A stretch of 43,500 nt of DNA from Deltaproteobacteria bacterium TL4. Its GTDB lineage: Bacteria; SAR324; NAC60-12. Of the stretch, positions 37,434 through 43,500 are shown in pieces; the first letter of the stretch is position 1, and every line of letters begins with the position of its first letter. The stretch spans positions 1 to 43,500 of the forward strand of contig JBBCAX010000306.1 in NCBI GenBank assembly GCA_051382335.1, read 5' to 3'. The notes beneath the pieces were generated by a model that searched no databases, was not told the DNA's origin, and worked only from the letters and a program-made list of their open reading frames with translations. Made by a program: the position numbers and the translations under genes.

Positions 37434-40052
37434 TTACTCAATAGATTGTAATGCTGTGGGCAACTCCAGATTTCCTAATGAAATATGGACAGAAATCACC
37501 CGGTTTAGAATTTCTTTTTTTCTACCACCGCTGGTTGTGGTGGTTTCCACAGATTCTTTGAGCTCAAAATTAACTTCATAACAACCGGAGCAACGGTACC
37601 GAAGACTCAGGGCATCAGAAGTCAAACGCCGTTTGAAGGTCGTATTTTCCGCATCCAGGTTGAAGGTTCCCGCAAATCCCAGCATGAGTTCCTCCGTCGC
37701 TTCAAACGTATTATCAAAGGAAAGCGTTGAGGCCTTGCTATGATAGACATCTTCTGGGGTACTGTAGGCTCGTTCATTGCTGAGAAAACTGATCACCGAT
37801 TTGTTGGCAGGGGTGACTTCAACTTTAAAATCCGCTCTGGATTCAATGATTCTAAAAAGTTGATGATGATAACGAACAAAAAAATCAACAGAAAATTTGG
37901 GTCCAGGATTGAGATTCAATTCAATTTGTAACGGAAGTAAAGGCTCACCGGGTTCCGTTTCTGTATTATTAATCACAGGACCTCTGAAAACTTCATTGGC
38001 CTCTTCTCGCAGCAAATTATAGCGTTGAATAAGGTTTAACCTTGCGTAGATCCAGCTGGGGCCCTCTTGTGTCGGACGATTTAATTTACTCGAAATGGGA
38101 ATAAATACGCCTCGTTGGACAATTTCCATGATTTTCTGATTTTGTTCCACACTCAGTTCATGGTCTGTCAGTTTATCGACCGCATCCCAAAATTCCGTTT
38201 CAGAAGCAAACTCGTGATCTTGAATGTTTTCGAGGCGGTTAAGGAGGTGACGGGGAAAGTTTTGATTTCGTAATTGTTTTAGGGAGTTTGCTGTGATTTT
38301 TAAACTTCGTTCGAACAAGCGCCGCTTTGCCAATAAAATATTGTCTAAACGGAAAGTCAAAAGGCGTCTTGCGGCTAAGGAGTCACTGGGGTCAAAATTG
38401 GCGGCAATACTTTGATCTTGATTGACATCCTGGACCGAGTCAAACAACACCCGAGGAGTCATTAAATGTTTAAATCGACTGAACATTCCCTCCTGAATAG
38501 TCCACGTTTTAGTCAGCGTCGTGTTGATTTCCGCATTGATTTGTTCAATTTCTGTGGAAAAGCTGTCTTTATCCGAAGTCGGGGAATGATAAACATCATA
38601 AAAAGACAGCCGTTTTCCATAGACTGTAAGCATTTTAAAGTATTCCAAAAAGGGAAATTGGTAACTGAGCTGAGGGGTGGTAATGATACGCGTTCCATTG
38701 GTTCCTTTTTCACGTCTGAAACGAGTCGCACTCCCTTCTGCCGAAAGAACAATGGGTTCATTCCAAGGTTGATTACTCAGGTGAAAGGTCAATTCAGGAA
38801 GTCGTTGAACACGGTCTTGTACCAGGTTATGATTCAATAACGCAATTTCCTGAAAGACCCGTTCTTGGGTAAAAAGTAGGGAAGTGTACCCTATTTCATA
38901 TTGTCGTGCGATAGAAAGCGACATTCTTTGCGCATAATTCGGATCAGGAATGAGCACTTGATCATATTCCCGTTGGTATTGCGCGTCACTAAACACTTGT
39001 CCGGATAAAATCATCCGGGTGGTTTCATCCAGTGTTTGATTGTGATTCAGTTCATACTTGAAACGTGGAATGCGTAATTCCAAATTTTTAGTTTCTTCTT
39101 CGGTTAAGCGTCCGCTCTCATTAAAGGGATCACGAAAGATATTTTCCCAGACTCTGCGATATTTCATTTCTCCCTGCATCCCGGGAAAAAAGGCATACTT
39201 ATAATCAAAATTCAGGGCCACACCCCGTAACTCAATCCACTCGGAGGTCAGGGTCAAATCATGATCAGGCGCAATGGCCCAGAAGTAAGGAATGCCAACA
39301 ATATAGCCCAATTTGAATTTTTTTTCAGTGCTGGAAACATGTTGATATTCAGGAGGCAGAAAGCCTGACTGACGTCGATTAACCGTGGGCCAAAACAAAT
39401 AAGGAAAATAAAAAACGGGGATCTTACGCGCATAGAGCGTTGCGCCTCTTGCTGAAGAAAAATTTTGCTCGTAGTAATTCACTTCACCACTTTTGATCAT
39501 CCAGGCCGGGGTTTCAGGATCACAGGTGGTGATACTACAGTTGGTGGCTACATAATGAGACTGGCTGATTCTCCGAACTTTCTCAGCAGTCATATACACT
39601 TTATTTTCCGAATCATAGAGGATCACATTATACATGATCATCTGTCTTGTTTCCAGATCCATCTCCAAACGGTCAACGGTTGCGATCACCCGGGCATCCG
39701 TATACCGGACAAAGCCTGTGGCGACCAATAAGTTACTTTTCCGGTCAACTCGAATCTCTCCGCCTTCCAAGGTGATCTCGTTCCACTCAATTTTAGCATG
39801 CGTGTAGATATAAACATCAAGTTTACGATCATGTACATAAGATTGTGTTTGAATACTGAATTGTGGAAATTGAAAAGCAGGGGGCTTCGTTGAGTTAGGC
39901 ACGTTTGCTGGTGATGAGGGGGAAACCGCACTCGATGTTTGCGCATAAACTGACTGCCAAGATAGCCCTACCGTACTCCCTAAGAGTCCGATCAGTAAAA
40001 AGGCGCAAAACCATTTCAAATTGAAGAAAAGCGTGAGTTTCAAGTCTTTCAC
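37434..40052 (-). CDS. lptD: LPS-assembly protein LptD (with an inserted module)
   Basis: Signal peptide, OstA-like jellyroll, ITTC..PAW, PVFYFPY, RQSGFLPP, IPYFWAI, RLPEL, FKHLMTP, C-terminal Cys pair; GTG start. Confidence 0.9.
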   Translation of the reverse strand: MKDLKLTLFFNLKWFCAFLLIGLLGSTVGLSWQSVYAQTSSAVSPSSPANVPNSTKPPAFQFPQFSIQTQSYVHDRKLDVYIYTHAKIEWNEITLEGGEIRVDRKSNLLVATGFVRYTDARVIATVDRLEMDLETRQMIMYNVILYDSENKVYMTAEKVRRISQSHYVATNCSITTCDPETPAWMIKSGEVNYYEQNFSSARGATLYARKIPVFYFPYLFWPTVNRRQSGFLPPEYQHVSSTEKKFKLGYIVGIPYFWAIAPDHDLTLTSEWIELRGVALNFDYKYAFFPGMQGEMKYRRVWENIFRDPFNESGRLTEEETKNLELRIPRFKYELNHNQTLDETTRMILSGQVFSDAQYQREYDQVLIPDPNYAQRMSLSIARQYEIGYTSLLFTQERVFQEIALLNHNLVQDRVQRLPELTFHLSNQPWNEPIVLSAEGSATRFRREKGTNGTRIITTPQLSYQFPFLEYFKMLTVYGKRLSFYDVYHSPTSDKDSFSTEIEQINAEINTTLTKTWTIQEGMFSRFKHLMTPRVLFDSVQDVNQDQSIAANFDPSDSLAARRLLTFRLDNILLAKRRLFERSLKITANSLKQLRNQNFPRHLLNRLENIQDHEFASETEFWDAVDKLTDHELSVEQNQKIMEIVQRGVFIPISSKLNRPTQEGPSWIYARLNLIQRYNLLREEANEVFRGPVINNTETEPGEPLLPLQIELNLNPGPKFSVDFFVRYHHQLFRIIESRADFKVEVTPANKSVISFLSNERAYSTPEDVYHSKASTLSFDNTFEATEELMLGFAGTFNLDAENTTFKRRLTSDALSLRYRCSGCYEVNFELKESVETTTTSGGRKKEILNRVISVHISLGNLELPTALQSIE
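38118..38303 (-). other. ~62-aa helical module inside LptD, homologous to the FtsA insertion
   Basis: LKITANSLKQLRNQNFPRHLLNRLENIQDHEFASETEFWDAVDKLTDHE... (aa 584-645) interrupts beta-strand sequence and aligns with the FtsA insert. Confidence 0.7.
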
Positions 40053-40098
40053 ATCGCATGAAATTTCAAAATAAAAACAGAGGGGCTGATTCTCTTTG

Positions 40099-40203
40099 AT
40101 AGACTTTCAGATAAGTCTTTCCTGGGAATGGGGGCATCCTGCCCGCAAAAGCAGGCGGGATGCCCGCGCTCCCAGCCCAAAATACTTTCCTGAAACACTA
40201 TAG
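40099..40203 (-). mobile_element. MITE/REP-like element, copy C
   Basis: The reverse complement begins TATAGTGTTTCAGGAAAGTATTTT and ends AAAGACTTATCTGAAAGTCTAT, matching the ends of copy A; core GGGCATCCTGCCCGC-aaaa-GCAGGCGGGATGCCC is a long hairpin. Confidence 0.8.
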
Positions 40204-40380
40204 TAAGGAATGTTCAAGAAACGTGCAGAGGGCGTCATCACCGACAATAAAGTTCAAGCCATAAAGTGAATGCTTTTAGCAAACTAATCGCAAATCCTCA
40301 AAATATTTTTGGGAAGGCTCCTCTTTTCTTCCAGGGGATCTCTTCCTGCGTGGTATCCAAGGGGATTTCCAGACGTTGAT

Positions 40381-42975
40381 TCAGGAGACGGTAAAGATCA
40401 GTTTTCCATGAACTACATCAATGAGCATTTCTTTTTCAGGACGCAGCGTTCCTTCGAGTAATTTCGTCGCGATGACGTCTTGAATTTCACGTTGAATCGT
40501 CCGCTTCATAGGACGCGCGCCAAAAGCGGGGTCATAGCCTTTTTGAGCAAGGTATAACTCGGCGGTATCCGTTAATTTAAAATGAATATTTTGATTGGAA
40601 AGATTTTTTTCCAGTTTCTGAAGTTGGAGTCTGCATATTTGACGAATATGCGACAGAGAGAGTCCTCGAAAAACAATCACCTCATCCAGACGATTGATAA
40701 ACTCGGGCCGAAAATGCTGGAGTAACGCGATTCTGGCAATTTGTTGCAGATTCGAAGGTTCCTGGTCATCAGATGCTTGAACGACTTCATGTCCCAGGTT
40801 AGTGGTCATGATGATGATAGTATTTTTGAAATCCGCTGAGCGTCCCTGAGAATCGGTGAGTTGCCCATTATCCAATATCTGCAGGAATAAATTGAAAACA
40901 TCCGGATGCGCTTTTTCTATTTCATCAAACAAAAGGACCGAGTAAGGACGTTGCCTGACCGCGCCTGTGAGTAAGCCCCCTTCTTCAAAACCTACATAGC
41001 CGGGAGGGGCGCCCATCAGTTGGGTGACCGAGTTTTTTTCCATATATTCTGACATATCAAAACGTAATAATGATTTTCGGTCATCAAACAAAAAATCGGC
41101 AAGGGCGTAGGCTAACTCCGTTTTTCCAATACCGGAACTGCCTAGAAAAATAAAAGAACCGATCGGCCGTTCAGGATCTTGAATGCCCGTCCGACTACGG
41201 CGGATCGCGTTGGCGATACTGGATAAGGCCTCTGATTGTCCAATCACGCGCTCCGCTAAACGTTGTTCCATTTTCAACAATTTTTGTTTTTCACTTTCTA
41301 ACATTTTGGCAACAGGAACCCCCGTCCATTGTGAAACAATATTCGCAATGTCTTCTCTGTCCACCTCCTCTTTCAACAAGCGATGTTCTTGACGCAGAGC
41401 CAATTTTTGATTGGCTTGAGTCAATTGTTGCTCCAATTGATCCAAGGTTTCATACCGAAGTCGTGCCGCAAGCTCCAAGTCCCCTCGACGTTGTGCGTCC
41501 TGCTCTTCATTACGAACTTTTTCCAAAGATTCTTTGAGTTCATAAACGTGCTTCAGTTGCGATCGTTCTTCTTGCCACATGTTCTTCATTTCCTGGCTTT
41601 TCTCTTTAAGCTCCACCAATTGAAGCCGGATGTGCTTGAGACGCTCTCTTGACGCAAGATCGTCTTCTTTTCGTATGGCGGTCCGTTCAATTTCGAGCTG
41701 CATGATTTTACGTTCCAACTGATCCACTTCCGTGGGGACAGAGTCCATTTGGATACGGAGTGTTGCAGCCGCTTCGTCTATTAAATCAATGGCTTTATCG
41801 GGTAAAAACCGATCGGTGACATAACGGTGAGACAGCGTTGCCGCGGCAATAAGTGCGGAATCCTTGATACGAACACCGTGATACAAAGCATATTTCTTTT
41901 TAAGTCCTCTCAAAATGGCGATTGTTGACTCTACGTCAGGTTCATGAATGAGCACTTGTTGAAAACGACGGGTTAGGGCAGGGTCTTTTTCTATGTATCG
42001 TTTAAACTCCTTGATCGTTGTAGCGCCAATACATCGTAATTGTCCACGGGCCAAGGCGGGCTTTAATAAATTCGCGGCATTCATACTCCCTTCCGCGCCT
42101 CCGGCTCCCATGAGCGTATGGAGTTCATCAATAAACAAAATGATGCTGCCCATAGACTCCTCAATTTCTTTAAGCAAACGCTTCATCCGCTCTTCAAACT
42201 CGCCTCGAAAATTAGTTCCCGCGATTAAGGCTCCGACATCAAGACTTAATAAGCGTTTGTCCTTTAAAGAATCAGGAATATCTCCCGCAATGATTCGATG
42301 TGCCAGACATTCCACAATCGCTGTTTTTCCAACTCCGGATTCTCCAATAATAACCGGATTATTTTTTAAGCGCCGTGAGAGGATTTGTATCACACGACGG
42401 ACTTCTTCGTCTCGGCCAATGACAGGATCGAGCTTGTTTTGCTTCGCCAACTCCACCAGATCCACACAATAGGTATCTAACGCTTGAAGTTCATGAGTGG
42501 CCCGGAGGCTTTTATGTTCTTGATGCGTCAACCGGGATAACAGTTGTCTGAGGCCCTCTGCCGTGACTTGATGCTTTAAAAAAAGCTGATGCACCCTCCC
42601 TTGTTGGTGCTCTAACAGACTCAGTAACAAATGCTCCGTCTTGGTATATTTTTCTGATAAAAGCATTGCCTCTTTTTCCGCCCTGATGATGATGCCGTGG
42701 AGCGATCTGGAAATATAGGCCTGACTGATTTTTTCCGTGACCGGAGCCTCTGATTCCAGGAAGGTCTTTATCTCGTCTGTTAGCGCGGAAATATTAACGC
42801 CTAATTTTTCCAGATAGGGACACACCATACTTTCTTCTTGACGTAATAAACAATAAAGCAGGTGTTCCGGTTCAACCTTTTCATGACCTTGTTCCTTAGC
42901 AAATTGCTGGGCTTCCAACAACGATTCTTCGGCTTTAGGGGTAAAATGACTTAAGGAAATACTCATGACGCTCAC
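40381..42975 (-). CDS. clpB: ATP-dependent disaggregase ClpB
   Basis: Clp N-domain, [25 protein letters not shown], coiled-coil M-domain, [30 protein letters not shown]. Alternative start ATG 42966. Confidence 0.97.
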   Translation of the reverse strand: MSVMSISLSHFTPKAEESLLEAQQFAKEQGHEKVEPEHLLYCLLRQEESMVCPYLEKLGVNISALTDEIKTFLESEAPVTEKISQAYISRSLHGIIIRAEKEAMLLSEKYTKTEHLLLSLLEHQQGRVHQLFLKHQVTAEGLRQLLSRLTHQEHKSLRATHELQALDTYCVDLVELAKQNKLDPVIGRDEEVRRVIQILSRRLKNNPVIIGESGVGKTAIVECLAHRIIAGDIPDSLKDKRLLSLDVGALIAGTNFRGEFEERMKRLLKEIEESMGSIILFIDELHTLMGAGGAEGSMNAANLLKPALARGQLRCIGATTIKEFKRYIEKDPALTRRFQQVLIHEPDVESTIAILRGLKKKYALYHGVRIKDSALIAAATLSHRYVTDRFLPDKAIDLIDEAAATLRIQMDSVPTEVDQLERKIMQLEIERTAIRKEDDLASRERLKHIRLQLVELKEKSQEMKNMWQEERSQLKHVYELKESLEKVRNEEQDAQRRGDLELAARLRYETLDQLEQQLTQANQKLALRQEHRLLKEEVDREDIANIVSQWTGVPVAKMLESEKQKLLKMEQRLAERVIGQSEALSSIANAIRRSRTGIQDPERPIGSFIFLGSSGIGKTELAYALADFLFDDRKSLLRFDMSEYMEKNSVTQLMGAPPGYVGFEEGGLLTGAVRQRPYSVLLFDEIEKAHPDVFNLFLQILDNGQLTDSQGRSADFKNTIIIMTTNLGHEVVQASDDQEPSNLQQIARIALLQHFRPEFINRLDEVIVFRGLSLSHIRQICRLQLQKLEKNLSNQNIHFKLTDTAELYLAQKGYDPAFGARPMKRTIQREIQDVIATKLLEGTLRPEKEMLIDVVHGKLIFTVS

Positions 42976-43002
42976 TTTTCTTTAAATAATAATCCAATCG
43001 TG

Positions 43003-43018
43003 TGGTATGGCTCTTGCT
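43003..43018 (+). promoter_or_regulatory. Sigma54 (-24/-12) promoter
   Basis: TGGTATGGCTCTTGCT = TGG-N10-GC with TTGCT at -12, pointing away from clpB. Confidence 0.6.
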
Positions 43019-43024
43019 TTTTAA

Positions 43025-43231
43025 GTGGTAACGTGGGTTATTGTTTTTATAATGTGTTTATTGATTATAGGACTTCTTATGGATACCGTATCTGATCATT
43101 CAATTCCGACTATTTCTTTCAACATGGCGCTTCAAAAATTTTTGTTTGACGCTGATTATTTAGAACATCGAAAATTAGGAGCGGCTTTATCGGTATTATG
43201 CCTTTTAATGGGCATACTCGTGATGGCCTGA
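43025..43231 (+). CDS. Possible small membrane protein
   Basis: 68-aa ORF with two hydrophobic segments. No clear RBS; the start may be ATG 43052. Confidence 0.35.
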   Translation: MVTWVIVFIMCLLIIGLLMDTVSDHSIPTISFNMALQKFLFDADYLEHRKLGAALSVLCLLMGILVMA

Positions 43232-43500
43232 TACTTTGGAAGAAGTATAGCGTTTATCGTTGTAAGTCAAAATCAAATGCAGGCATATTTTTTTTGATTC
43301 GAAATCAATCCCTTTAAATTAATAAGAAACCAATGAAAAATCAATCATTTATTAATACCAGTTGGATAGAACGTTTATGCCTTTTAATGGGCATACTCGT
43401 GATGGCCTGATACTTTGGAAGAAGTATAGCGTTTATCGTTGTAAGTCAAAATCAAATGCAGGCATATTTTTTTTGATTCGAAATCAATCCCTTTAAATTA
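43196..43500 (+). repeat. Perfect direct repeat with 179-bp period (truncated by the window end)
   Basis: 43196-43321 is identical to 43375-43500 (126 bp visible). Confidence 0.95.

Noticed and set aside
40290..40375. Cluster of six minus-strand GGA motifs downstream of clpB
   Set aside because: Mostly not in ANGGA hairpin-loop context; too weak to call a second CsrA-binding RNA.
43294..43308. FNR-like site TTGAT-N5-ATCAA
   Set aside because: The spacer is 5 nt rather than the required 4.
43196..43500. CRISPR array
   Set aside because: The repeat is at least 126 bp, only two copies are visible and there are no cas genes.

Overview
A gene-dense bacterial chromosomal segment from a diderm organism (Lnt, LptD); the gene style suggests a deltaproteobacterial/SAR324-like lineage, which is inference only. 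Most genes are housekeeping: deoxyhypusine-synthase-like gene, glgX-malQ, lnt, rlmI, degP, a purD-purE fusion, purN, an atypical prs, MoxR, trkA, ftsA-ftsZ detached from the dcw cluster, two FHA membrane proteins, a lipid acyltransferase cluster, a metal-homeostasis block (DtxR-family regulator, DmeF, FeoA-FeoB fusion, an unlisted Cys-rich microprotein, a second CDF), a second AAA, plsY, an OMP, lptD and clpB. No rRNA, tRNA, CRISPR array, transposase or prophage was seen. Main observations: (1) a ~62-aa helical module is inserted in-frame in both FtsA (exact 198-nt insert flanked by a CCATG direct repeat) and LptD, suggesting a mobile protein-coding module that colonises essential genes; (2) the 384-nt ftsA-ftsZ spacer carries many sense-strand GGA motifs in hairpin loops, like a CsrA/RsmA-binding RNA; (3) three copies of a ~100-bp MITE/REP-like element; (4) a duplicated dmeF 3' end differing only at synonymous positions; (5) a perfect 179-bp-period duplication at the right edge.
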